A stretch of DNA of 41,911 nt from Candidatus Avilachnospira sp. (lineage in GTDB: Bacteria; Bacillota; Clostridia; Lachnospirales; Lachnospiraceae). The position numbers and the translations under genes were made by a program. The stretch is taken from NCBI GenBank assembly GCA_045642005.1, contig JAZUHZ010000251.1, positions 1-41,911 on the forward strand, given 5' to 3'. A model generated the notes under the pieces. That model was not told the DNA's origin. It saw only the letters and a program-made list of their open reading frames with translations, and did not search any database. This document shows, in pieces, positions 15,183-23,080 of this stretch; position 1 is the first letter of the stretch, and the number at the start of each line of letters is the position of its first letter.

Positions 15183-17063
15183 ATGGAAATCGTAAAAACT
15201 TCTAATGAAAATAATGATCTGATTTTCAGATTATCAGGACAGATTGATGCTGTGACCAGTGAGGACCTTGAAAACAGTATCCGTCAAACGGATTTTACGG
15301 GAAAGAACATTATCTTCGACTTTGAAAATGTACCCTACATTTCATCGTCCGGTCTGAGGCAGCTGCTGATTGCAAAAAAGAAAGCCGGGGAAGCGTCTTT
15401 TAAGCTTATCAATACCAATGAAACGGTTGAAGATGTTCTGAAAATGACCGGCATGGATTTGGTTTTTGATATCGAATCCGCACAAAAACCGGACCGTTCC
15501 TTCACCGGCAAAACCATAAAAGATCTGCTGGAGATCAAGTTCAGAGAGTGTCCTGAAAAGACATTTCTGCTCAGTGAAAATGCCGCCTACACATGGAGAG
15601 AGATTTACTATGCCGTTCAGATCATTGCTTTTGATCTGTATCGGACCGGTGTGCGCAAGGGTACACATGTAGGAATCTGCTCCACCAACTCGATCAACTG
15701 GGTTCTGGCTTTTTTTGCGGTTCAGAAGCTGGGAGGTATTGCCTGCCTTCTGAATTTCGGTTATACGGCATCGGAGCTTCGCAGAGTGCTTAACAGCGGA
15801 GATATCACGTATTTTATTTACGGTGATATTCCTTCCATTGCCGCAGAGGAAGAAAGCTTTCTGGAAGATCTTCCGGCCGGCACGCAGGTAAAGCATGTCT
15901 ACTCTGTCAAATCCTCTGTGAATTTTAAGAGCCGCCTGCAGGAGTATCCGTATATCGAAGGACTGTTTTCGGAAAAATCGGATGCTGATGATGCCTCTGT
16001 GATGATTTTCACGTCCGGTTCCTCCGGGACACCCAAGGGCGTCATCTTGTCGTCGTTCAATATTTTCAACAGCGCCGAGGCGATGAATCAGGTTGAAAAA
16101 CTGACGGACAAGGACCGCCTTTGTCTGATCACGCCTCTCTTCCATATTATGGGGCTCGCTCTGAGTTTATTCGAATGTGCGCTCTGCAATTGTACGGTAT
16201 TCTTCCCGCATGACATCCGCACCAATACGCTCCTGTCTGATATTGATGCCTACAAATGCACCGCCATCAAAAGTGTACCCACAATGATGATCGCCATTAC
16301 CAACAATCCCACGTTTCGTATAGACAGGGTCGCCACCATCAGGACATGCGTGCTGGGAGGCGCACCGGCTACGGAAGCGCAGCTTCTGCGTATGCAGAAG
16401 GCGTTCCCAAACACAAAATTTTTCAATGCGTATGGTCTGAGCGAAATGGCACCGGTCTGTGTCACCGGTACGGATACGCCCATTGAACAACTGGCACATA
16501 CCTGCGGCAAACCGATTGATCATATTACGGTACAGATCCGGAACATTCTCACCGGAGAAATCTGTCCTCCCGGAGAAGACGGCGAATTGATCGTCAAAGG
16601 ATCCAACATGATGGCATGTTACTATAAACTGGATCTTGATGATCAGATCATTGACAGTGAGGGATATATCCATACGGGAGATATCGGAAATATTGATTCT
16701 GAAGGTCAGATTCACATTACAGGACGTCTGAAAGAACTGATCATCCGGGGCGGTGAGAATATCGCTCCCAAAGAAATTGCCGAACCGATTACAAATTTTG
16801 AAGGGGTTCAGGACGTAAAGGTGGTTGGCGTACCGCACGATTTCTTTGGTGAAGTTCCCTGTGCCTGTATTGTTATGAAACCCGGGGTTTGTTTTGACGA
16901 GGCGAAAATGAGAGAATACCTCGCCAGGGTTCTGACAAAGCAAAAGCTGCCGGAATACTTCTACCTCTTTAAGGAATTCCCCATGCTTGCCTCAGGAAAA
17001 ACAGATTCCGTACGGATCAAAAAACTCGCGGTGGAAAAGTTTGGCGCGAATCTTTGCGGATAG
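15183..17063 (+). CDS. Fusion protein: an N-terminal STAS (SpoIIAA-like anti-sigma-antagonist) domain and an adenylate-forming ANL enzyme (acyl-CoA synthetase / fatty-acyl-AMP ligase-like)
   Basis: STAS region: DFENVPYISSSGLRQLLIAKKKAGE...LKMTGMDLVFDI, with the conserved Ser retained. ANL motifs: IFTSGSSGTPKGV (A3), YGLSE (A5), TGD (A7), GRLKELIIRGGENIAPKEI (A8), and a C-terminal Lys in SGKTD (A10). An AGGGAG RBS precedes the ATG at 15183, and the ORF is open from a GTG at 15159. Confidence 0.85.
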   Translation: MEIVKTSNENNDLIFRLSGQIDAVTSEDLENSIRQTDFTGKNIIFDFENVPYISSSGLRQLLIAKKKAGEASFKLINTNETVEDVLKMTGMDLVFDIESAQKPDRSFTGKTIKDLLEIKFRECPEKTFLLSENAAYTWREIYYAVQIIAFDLYRTGVRKGTHVGICSTNSINWVLAFFAVQKLGGIACLLNFGYTASELRRVLNSGDITYFIYGDIPSIAAEEESFLEDLPAGTQVKHVYSVKSSVNFKSRLQEYPYIEGLFSEKSDADDASVMIFTSGSSGTPKGVILSSFNIFNSAEAMNQVEKLTDKDRLCLITPLFHIMGLALSLFECALCNCTVFFPHDIRTNTLLSDIDAYKCTAIKSVPTMMIAITNNPTFRIDRVATIRTCVLGGAPATEAQLLRMQKAFPNTKFFNAYGLSEMAPVCVTGTDTPIEQLAHTCGKPIDHITVQIRNILTGEICPPGEDGELIVKGSNMMACYYKLDLDDQIIDSEGYIHTGDIGNIDSEGQIHITGRLKELIIRGGENIAPKEIAEPITNFEGVQDVKVVGVPHDFFGEVPCACIVMKPGVCFDEAKMREYLARVLTKQKLPEYFYLFKEFPMLASGKTDSVRIKKLAVEKFGANLCG

Positions 17064-17123
17064 AACGGAGGTGCTTTCACAACGCGTAAGGATATCACAG
17101 GCTGAAGGTAACAGATCCGGCTT

Positions 17124-17263
17124 GCCAGAGTAAATGCAGGTTGGCTCTTGGGATGATTTTGCCAGATTAAATGCAGGGTAAGGGCTGCATTTACTTTGGC
17201 AAATGAGGATGATGATACAGCCGTGAAAAAGCAGTATCCTTTTCCGACTGCCGGGCGTATAAT
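17124..17263 (+). promoter_or_regulatory. Peptide-gene promoter cassette, copy 2: an extra half-site (17124-17142), a palindrome (17158-17203) whose centre is inverted relative to copy 1, a conserved block, and -10 TATAAT (17258-17263)
   Basis: TTTGCCAGATTAAATGCAG GGTAAGGG CTGCATTTACTTTGGCAAA. The reverse complement of copy 1 matches this copy at 44 of 50 positions, against about 36 of 50 in direct orientation. The downstream flank is co-oriented with copy 1. Confidence 0.65.
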
Positions 17264-17296
17264 ATTTATGAGTCGATAATTCTGGAGGAACGGAGT

Positions 17297-17464
17297 ATGA
17301 AGCTCAACAAAAAGGAACTAATCACTGAGAACCAGGCTATGATGGAGCTTTCAGATGATGATCTGGATCAGGTAACGGGTGGATGTGAGCCCGCCAGTTC
17401 TCGCGTCAAGCCCGAATTTGATTCTCCGGACGGATTTGTGCCGATCGAGTCGCAGCCCTCTTAA
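17297..17464 (+). CDS. Class-B double-glycine leader peptide precursor (MKLNKKELITENQAMMELSDDDLDQVTGG, 26-aa core CEPASSRVKPEFDSPDGFVPIESQPS)
   Basis: 55 codons, below the ORF-track cutoff and read by hand. A GGAGGAA RBS and the conserved cassette lie upstream. Confidence 0.7.
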   Translation: MKLNKKELITENQAMMELSDDDLDQVTGGCEPASSRVKPEFDSPDGFVPIESQPS

Positions 17465-17484
17465 GGGAGAGCCCGGTTTACTCG

Positions 17485-17760
17485 ATGGAATTCTCTATGA
17501 AAACGAAAGAAGAACTGATCGAAATGAAAATGGAATATGAAACAATGAACGAAAAACTTGCCGAGTTGTCAGATGATGAGTTAGAACAGGTAACCGGTGG
17601 TCAGTACGTTAATCACGATTATCCATCGTTAAAGGCGTTGGATAATCTTAACAGACAGGCAAAATCAAAAAGCAGACTTATAGAACAAATATCCACTGGC
17701 ACAATCATCAATTACGAGAAGGATACTCCGATTTCCATTGATCCAAAATCTGTCAAGTAA
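17485..17760 (+). CDS. Class-A double-glycine leader peptide precursor (..MKTKEELIEMKMEYETMNEKLAELSDDELEQVTGG, 52-aa core)
   Basis: The leader is conserved with its paralogs. The start is either the ATG at 17485 or the MKTKEEL Met at 17497. Confidence 0.75.
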   Translation: MEFSMKTKEELIEMKMEYETMNEKLAELSDDELEQVTGGQYVNHDYPSLKALDNLNRQAKSKSRLIEQISTGTIINYEKDTPISIDPKSVK

Positions 17761-17814
17761 ACACTAAGCAGCGATATTTTTCCGAAAATCACTAAGCTTA
17801 TTGAAGGGCAGGTT

Positions 17815-18051
17815 GTGAAAAAGCTTGCGAATGACGAACTGGAGCAGGTTTCCGGCGGTATGAAATACGAGGGACTCATTGCTGAGCATATCAGGGAAGC
17901 AGGGAATTTTATTGTTGATGGTGTTTCTATTAAGAGGCTCCGTGAACCTGCAACAGAATCGACTGCGCATGCAGGGTTCATCGATAACAGATCTACAAAG
18001 AAACCGGAACCAGAGGTCTATGTATTCGCATCTGTCACCACAGACGGCTGA
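17815..18051 (+). CDS. Short-leader double-glycine peptide precursor (MKKLANDELEQVSGG, 63-aa core)
   Basis: GTG start. The ELEQVSGG motif is present. The core is unrelated to its neighbours. Confidence 0.55.
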   Translation: MKKLANDELEQVSGGMKYEGLIAEHIREAGNFIVDGVSIKRLREPATESTAHAGFIDNRSTKKPEPEVYVFASVTTDG

Positions 18052-18076
18052 TTGAACGGAAAGGAATAATTCTGCC

Positions 18077-18394
18077 ATGAAAACAAAGGAAGAACTGAAC
18101 AGACTGAAAACCGAATATGCGGCAATGAACGAAAAGCTTGCTGAACTGTCAGATAATGAGCTGGAACAGGTAACCGGAGGTACCGCCCGTCCGTTGTTTC
18201 AGGCGTTGAACCAGTTACTCCAGCGACCAATCGAAATACCGAACTCCATATTGCAAAATACGACTTCACAAAACACTGCGAATTCTGGCACCGAAGGATA
18301 TTCACGGCAGCAAGTTAATTCACTTCCCGTACAGTATTACCAAAAAGAAAACTCTGCGCCTGACATTTCGGACATCATCGCTACAGAGGAGTAA
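18077..18394 (+). CDS. Class-A double-glycine leader peptide precursor (MKTKEELNRLKTEYAAMNEKLAELSDNELEQVTGG, 70-aa Gln/Asn/Ser-rich core)
   Basis: GGAAAGGAA RBS. The leader is conserved with its paralogs. Confidence 0.75.
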   Translation: MKTKEELNRLKTEYAAMNEKLAELSDNELEQVTGGTARPLFQALNQLLQRPIEIPNSILQNTTSQNTANSGTEGYSRQQVNSLPVQYYQKENSAPDISDIIATEE

Positions 18395-18424
18395 GTACCA
18401 CAGCCTGATAAGGTGTTATTATCG

Positions 18425-18577
18425 ATGAAGACCAAAGAAGAGCTTAACGAACTGAAAATCGAATATGAATCTCTGAGCAGAAAGTTTGCTGAATTAACGG
18501 AGGGGGAGCTCGAGCTGAGGTCCGCCGTTATTCCGGCGAGCCTCCTGTTCTGTTTCAAAAAGCCCACCTTCCGATGA
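18425..18577 (+). pseudogene. Degenerate class-A leader gene (MKTKEELNELKIEYESLSRKFAELTEGELELRS..) that has lost the QVTGG site
   Basis: 50 codons read by hand. The first 30 aa align with class-A leaders, after which the sequence diverges with no GG. Confidence 0.45.
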
Positions 18578-18694
18578 GCTTTCATGTTGTCAGGGATCTT
18601 TCCTGTCCTGTTTTCTGCACTTTTCGAGCATTTCCTTCTGCAGTACTCTTCAGAGCTTCGGTGATCGCAAGGAAGTATGGATATGAAGGACCGG

Positions 18695-19207
18695 TCAGAG
18701 CCATTTCCCGGCATCCTCCGTATCCATCCCGCGGATCTTTGTTCCGCTGATCGGCACATGAACTCTCGGGACATCGACGAGGATGTGCCTGGCAAAGGGA
18801 TAGGCTCTCTTAAAATAGGCATCATAGCCGGGCTCACTCGAATAGACCGCCTGAAAATCTCCCACCGCATTCATAACATACCCTGTTTCCGCATCCCAAA
18901 GATCCGTTCCGTCCTGCAGGGCCTTTTCGTGCATCACCTTGCAGTCGAGTGTCACAAACCGCACGTTCGGATACCTCCGGCACTCCTCTTCGATTCTACG
19001 GATCCTCTCTTTTTCCAAAAGGAGAGCCCGGTCACAGACGATCTCCTTCTCTAAAGCCGCTGCCTCATCCTCGCTGTGCATGAAAAAGATCACAACAAAT
19101 TCCTCACACTCCGCGGCACCCCGCTCGATGCAGTATTTGTGTCCCTTATGGAAGGGAAGGAACTTCCCGCCGTAAAAACCTCTCTGATATTCAGCCATTT
19201 TCCGCAT
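18695..19207 (-). CDS. Nucleotidyltransferase of the NMN/NaMN adenylyltransferase (NadR-NMNAT-like) type
   Basis: (H/T)xGH motif in GGKFLPFHKGHKYCI and an ISGTKIR motif. It overlaps the end of pnuC. Confidence 0.7.
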   Translation of the reverse strand: MRKMAEYQRGFYGGKFLPFHKGHKYCIERGAAECEEFVVIFFMHSEDEAAALEKEIVCDRALLLEKERIRRIEEECRRYPNVRFVTLDCKVMHEKALQDGTDLWDAETGYVMNAVGDFQAVYSSEPGYDAYFKRAYPFARHILVDVPRVHVPISGTKIRGMDTEDAGKWL

Positions 19208-19886
19208 TCCTCTCTTTCTGAAGCCGCATCCAGCGGACGAGCCCTATCACTGCCATGATGAGGTAGATGCTCTTTTTTGTGATCATAATGGTATCTTTGA
19301 GGAGGATCCACTGCACTACGGCAATCACATCTGTTACGATCCAGAGCCAGTACTGATCGGCATACCGCTTGATTTCGTAGAAGGTCGCGATGACGCCGAT
19401 CGCCACGGTCATGGCATCGAGCCAGGCGGTGGCGCCGCCTGCAAGCACGAGGATCTCGTGATAGCAGAGTGTGCTCAGGAGCACGATCCCCGTCATCAGG
19501 ATCCGGCCCTTCGTGCTCATCACCCGGGTGAGACACCGCTCCTCCGAGCTACGGTCCGGGTGCTTTCTCCAGGCGATGATCCCGAGAATGTTGGTGGGCA
19601 TATAGTAAAGAAGCTCCAGTGCCATGGTGCCGTAGACTTTATTATAGAGAAGCACAACGATATAAAGCGCCGTATTCACGATAGCAAAGATCCAGGTGGG
19701 CCAGCTGGCATGGGCGCAGAGAAAGATGCAGCAGATCCCGGCGATGGAGCTTATATAGTTGACGATCAGGTACCACAGGGGATGGGTGGTATCCGTCACA
19801 GTATAGTATCCGCCGATCAGGATCATGGTGAAAAACATGATCCACTCATAGATTTTCAGGTTTTGAAACGCTTCTTTCAGTTTCAT
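19191..19886 (-). CDS. pnuC: Nicotinamide riboside transporter PnuC
   Basis: About 7 TM segments with PnuC-like signatures (YNKVYGTMALELLYYMPTNILGIIAW; WLDAMTVAIGVIATFYEIKRYADQYWLWIVTDVIAVVQW). Confidence 0.8.
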   Translation of the reverse strand: MKLKEAFQNLKIYEWIMFFTMILIGGYYTVTDTTHPLWYLIVNYISSIAGICCIFLCAHASWPTWIFAIVNTALYIVVLLYNKVYGTMALELLYYMPTNILGIIAWRKHPDRSSEERCLTRVMSTKGRILMTGIVLLSTLCYHEILVLAGGATAWLDAMTVAIGVIATFYEIKRYADQYWLWIVTDVIAVVQWILLKDTIMITKKSIYLIMAVIGLVRWMRLQKERNAENG

Positions 19887-19964
19887 ATCGGTCTCCTTTC
19901 CTCCCGCGGTGCGGGGCCCGTGATTTCCATCTCTCTGTTACACCTAAAGGATACCATTTCCGAA

Positions 19965-19992
19965 GAGAAAAAACGTCGCCTGAAAAGCGACA
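19965..19992 (-). terminator. Weak intrinsic terminator after the macro-domain gene
   Basis: On the minus strand: GTCGC-TTTTCAG-GCGAC followed by GTTTTTT. The stem is short. Confidence 0.4.
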
Positions 19993-20012
19993 TTTATGTA
20001 TCCGGTCTGTTT

Positions 20013-20969
20013 TTACATTTCTTTCGGAACGAGCTGAGGAAGGTTTTCCGCCGCCAGCGCAGCGTTCAGTTCCCAGATATTGGTTTCCCCGGAGGCGATG
20101 AAGTTCTTTGCGATCCGGTCGAAGGGAATGGCCGGGGAGAAGGCATATCCTGCCCGCTGCATGAGGTCCTCTGCGTCCATGATGTCGAGCTCCAGCGCGA
20201 TACAGAGCGCGATCACGGTCGTCTTTTTCGGGATATAGGACGGATCGCAGTTGATCTTTGAGAAATGCTGGCGGTTCATGTTGGCCTTTTTGTATACAGT
20301 GGAGTACTTGAGTCCCCTCTCGTTCATGATCTTAAAGAGTCGGTCGGAAAAGGTATCCTCGGCTTTCTTTTCGTTCTCTTTTTCCTCCGGACTTCCGGAC
20401 GAAAGAAGCGTCCCTTCGTACTCATACCGGGCATGGACATTCACGTAGCTGTCCCGGACAATCTCCTGCACATCCTCAAAGACCCTGCCGCTCACCACAA
20501 AGGATTCCGTATCAAAGACCACAAGGCTTACCTTCATCTCGCATTCCATGAGGAAGGCACTGATCGCCTGCAGAGCGATACTCGGGGCCTTATCCTTCGG
20601 AAAGCCGTAGACGCCAGTGGAGATGAGGGGAAAGGCGATGCTTTTGCACTTTAATTTCCTTGCAAGCCGGAGGGACTCCGTATAACAGGAAGAAAGCGTT
20701 TCAAACTCCCCTTCGTTCCCGCCGAACCACATGGGGCCAACCGTATGAATGATATAATTTGCCGGAAGGCGGAAAGCCTGCGTCGCCGCAGCTTGCCCCG
20801 GTTCAATGATACCAATCTTCTGGCGCTCCGTCAAAAGGTCTTCCGCGCCTGCTGCCTGATAGATCGCGCGATCCGTTCCTGAGGCAAATATCGGGCGCGG
20901 ATTTGCGGAGTTTACAATGGCATCGGCTTTTACTTTGGTGATATCATTTCGGACAATCGTTAACGGCAT
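20013..20969 (-). CDS. Macro-domain (ADP-ribose/O-acetyl-ADP-ribose hydrolase-like) protein with a C-terminal HTH-like domain
   Basis: The N-terminus (TIVRNDITKVKADAIVNSANP..GTDRAIYQAAG..IIHTVGPMW..ISTGVYGFP) is a classic macro domain. The C-terminal 100 aa resemble an XRE-type HTH (LKYSTVYKKANMNRQHFSKI). Confidence 0.8.
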   Translation of the reverse strand: MPLTIVRNDITKVKADAIVNSANPRPIFASGTDRAIYQAAGAEDLLTERQKIGIIEPGQAAATQAFRLPANYIIHTVGPMWFGGNEGEFETLSSCYTESLRLARKLKCKSIAFPLISTGVYGFPKDKAPSIALQAISAFLMECEMKVSLVVFDTESFVVSGRVFEDVQEIVRDSYVNVHARYEYEGTLLSSGSPEEKENEKKAEDTFSDRLFKIMNERGLKYSTVYKKANMNRQHFSKINCDPSYIPKKTTVIALCIALELDIMDAEDLMQRAGYAFSPAIPFDRIAKNFIASGETNIWELNAALAAENLPQLVPKEM

Positions 20970-21251
20970 ATGGTTCCTTTCTGGGTGGGAGTCATGATTC
21001 TCTCCTGCTCTTTTCAGAATATGTAATCCTTACAGCATCGGGGGTGCGGATTTCAGATACCGGATTTCTGAAAGCGGGACGGTCTTTCGGAGATATTTAT
21101 GTACCCAAGTATCCTTACATTAATTATCAGGTATCATCAGCAGCAAGAATGACGCTTTCCATGGAAATTATGAAACCATAGTTCGCTACATAGTTGTCAT
21201 AGTCTAGTACATATTAAATATCTTCTGTTAATTAATCTCAGAAAGCAATAT

Positions 21252-22406
21252 TTATGTTCTTCGCCTGTTCAGGCCGTGGCGTTCATAATAGGATTTTTTA
21301 TCCGCATACATATCTTTTTCCGCCATAGAGATTAACCCAAGGACGTTGGAACCGCTGCCGTAGGCAGAACCGACGGAAGCAATATCCTGCTCGCCAGCGC
21401 TGGCATCTCTCAGAGCGTTTACACCGGTATGAAACTCATTCTCATTGGCATTCTGCTGCAGGACGACGAATTCATCTCCGCTGATCCGGAATATGTCCGA
21501 AGGTGAAAAGTGTTTCTTTAAGAGCTCGGAAAACCGCTGCAGAAGCGCATCTCCGGCAGCGTGGCCAAGAGTGTCGTTTGCTGTCTTCAGTCCGTTTACA
21601 TCACAGAAAATCACGCCGATGTTCGAAATATCCGAGGCCCCGGACAATGCATTTTCATACGCACGACGGTTACCAAGCTTTGTGAGAGCATCCGTATTGG
21701 ACATCTCAAACATAATGCGTTCCCGCATCTGCCCCTGCTCGATCTCACCGCTTTGCAGGCTGATATAAACAAGAAGAAGTGCCAGAACAACAGACGGGTA
21801 TGCGTAGGAGAATTCCGGGTCGATCGTGTTGATAGCTGCAGCGATACACGGAAAAATGATATACGGAAGTGTAGCGATGATGTCACGTCGCGATAGAGAC
21901 CTGCGGTATGTAATAAACACGACCAGACTGAGCAGCATCGCAATGATGTTTATGATGACGTATGCTGTGTACCAGGGGCCATCGGCATAGACGCCGTTTT
22001 CAAAGGTATACAGCTTTCCGTTTACACTGGTCACAATGATAAAAACGATAGAAGCCAAAGTAAACACCATATAGATATATTCAAAAAGATGGGATATTTC
22101 CTGCCGTTCACGAATGTATGCGGTAAGATATATGATGAATTCGCAGATGAGGACAAACGTCATCAGCATGGACAGTGTAGTGCATATATAGAGCACCGGC
22201 AGAAGCCGGATGCTGCCGTCCAGGATCCACGACAACGCATCGGCTCCGAGCGCTGCGATGCACGAGGAAAGCAGCAGAACGAAAAGTCTGTCCCGCCGCG
22301 TTTTCTCTTTTTCTCTTTTCTCAAAAATACAATAACAGAGGAGGATCACGCACACAAAGATCGACATGATCTCCACAGCGGTAATTCCGTAAATGTATTT
22401 ACTCAT
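21252..22406 (-). CDS. Membrane-anchored diguanylate cyclase (GGDEF domain, active-site variant SGDEF)
   Basis: About 6 N-terminal TM segments. GGDEF-domain motifs are DALTKLGNRRA, DVNGLKTANDTLGHAAGD and RISGDEFVV. Confidence 0.85.
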   Translation of the reverse strand: MSKYIYGITAVEIMSIFVCVILLCYCIFEKREKEKTRRDRLFVLLLSSCIAALGADALSWILDGSIRLLPVLYICTTLSMLMTFVLICEFIIYLTAYIRERQEISHLFEYIYMVFTLASIVFIIVTSVNGKLYTFENGVYADGPWYTAYVIINIIAMLLSLVVFITYRRSLSRRDIIATLPYIIFPCIAAAINTIDPEFSYAYPSVVLALLLVYISLQSGEIEQGQMRERIMFEMSNTDALTKLGNRRAYENALSGASDISNIGVIFCDVNGLKTANDTLGHAAGDALLQRFSELLKKHFSPSDIFRISGDEFVVLQQNANENEFHTGVNALRDASAGEQDIASVGSAYGSGSNVLGLISMAEKDMYADKKSYYERHGLNRRRT

Positions 22407-23080
22407 TTAATGCTCCTTCTTTCGCGATTTTGCAGACCATGATATTTTTCAATCAAATCTTCCATCGAGCATCCCAAAACCTTCGAAATACGGTATATGG
22501 TGTCTGCACTTGCCTTATTTATATCTTTATTTCGCTGCTCGTACATCTGAATGGATCTGAGACTGACATCCGACTTATTTGCAAGGTCCGCCTGTGTACA
22601 CCCGTATGCTGTACGGATTCGTTTCAGGTTTGTTTCGGGATAGAATTCTTTCATACGTTCATCGGCAATATCTGCAAATTTTGAAACGTCTGCCTCGTGG
22701 AGCGTATAATACATCTTTTGTAATTCATCAAAAGTGAACGCCTTAAATATGGTGCTGTATTTTCTGTCTGACCACCACTGATAATAGGCAACAGCCCAGC
22801 CAATCCAATACTCAGCGGAACGATCAAGCCGGTCTTTCGGCACTTCCGTGAGTTCTTTTCCGGCAGTCTCTGAAACGACATCCGACACAACTTCTATTCC
22901 ACTTTTTCCCGCAAGATATGTCGGCTCACCATTCTCCATTTTCCGGCTTACTGAGCTTACGATAAACAGCTTGATAAATGTGTCACCCGATATATTGCAG
23001 GTATTGATTGCATAGTCAAATGCTTCGCCAAGTACCGACTGTACCTTACTCAGATATATTTCGTGGTATGCGTGGATCAT
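22403..23080 (-). CDS. Two-domain protein: an uncharacterised N-terminal domain and a C-terminal XRE-family HTH
   Basis: HTH: LKRIRTAYGCTQADLANKSDVSLRSIQMYEQRNKDINKASADTIYRISKVLGCSMEDL. There is a 4-nt ATGA overlap with the GGDEF gene and a 35-nt overlap with the upstream DUF3990-like gene. Confidence 0.75.
   Translation of the reverse strand: MIHAYHEIYLSKVQSVLGEAFDYAINTCNISGDTFIKLFIVSSVSRKMENGEPTYLAGKSGIEVVSDVVSETAGKELTEVPKDRLDRSAEYWIGWAVAYYQWWSDRKYSTIFKAFTFDELQKMYYTLHEADVSKFADIADERMKEFYPETNLKRIRTAYGCTQADLANKSDVSLRSIQMYEQRNKDINKASADTIYRISKVLGCSMEDLIEKYHGLQNRERRSIK

Noticed and set aside
12692-18577. Possible CRISPR array or tandem DNA repeat, suggested by the recurring ~100-nt similar segments
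   Set aside because: The recurring segments are the leader-coding parts of paralogous small genes, each with its own RBS, start and stop. The spacing is irregular and there are no short identical direct repeats with unique spacers.
19887-19965. Riboswitch (NAD+-class or pnuC motif) in the pnuC leader
   Set aside because: Only one short hairpin (CCCGC-ACC-GCGGG) is visible before the RBS. I cannot match it to any consensus from memory, so the evidence is insufficient to call it.
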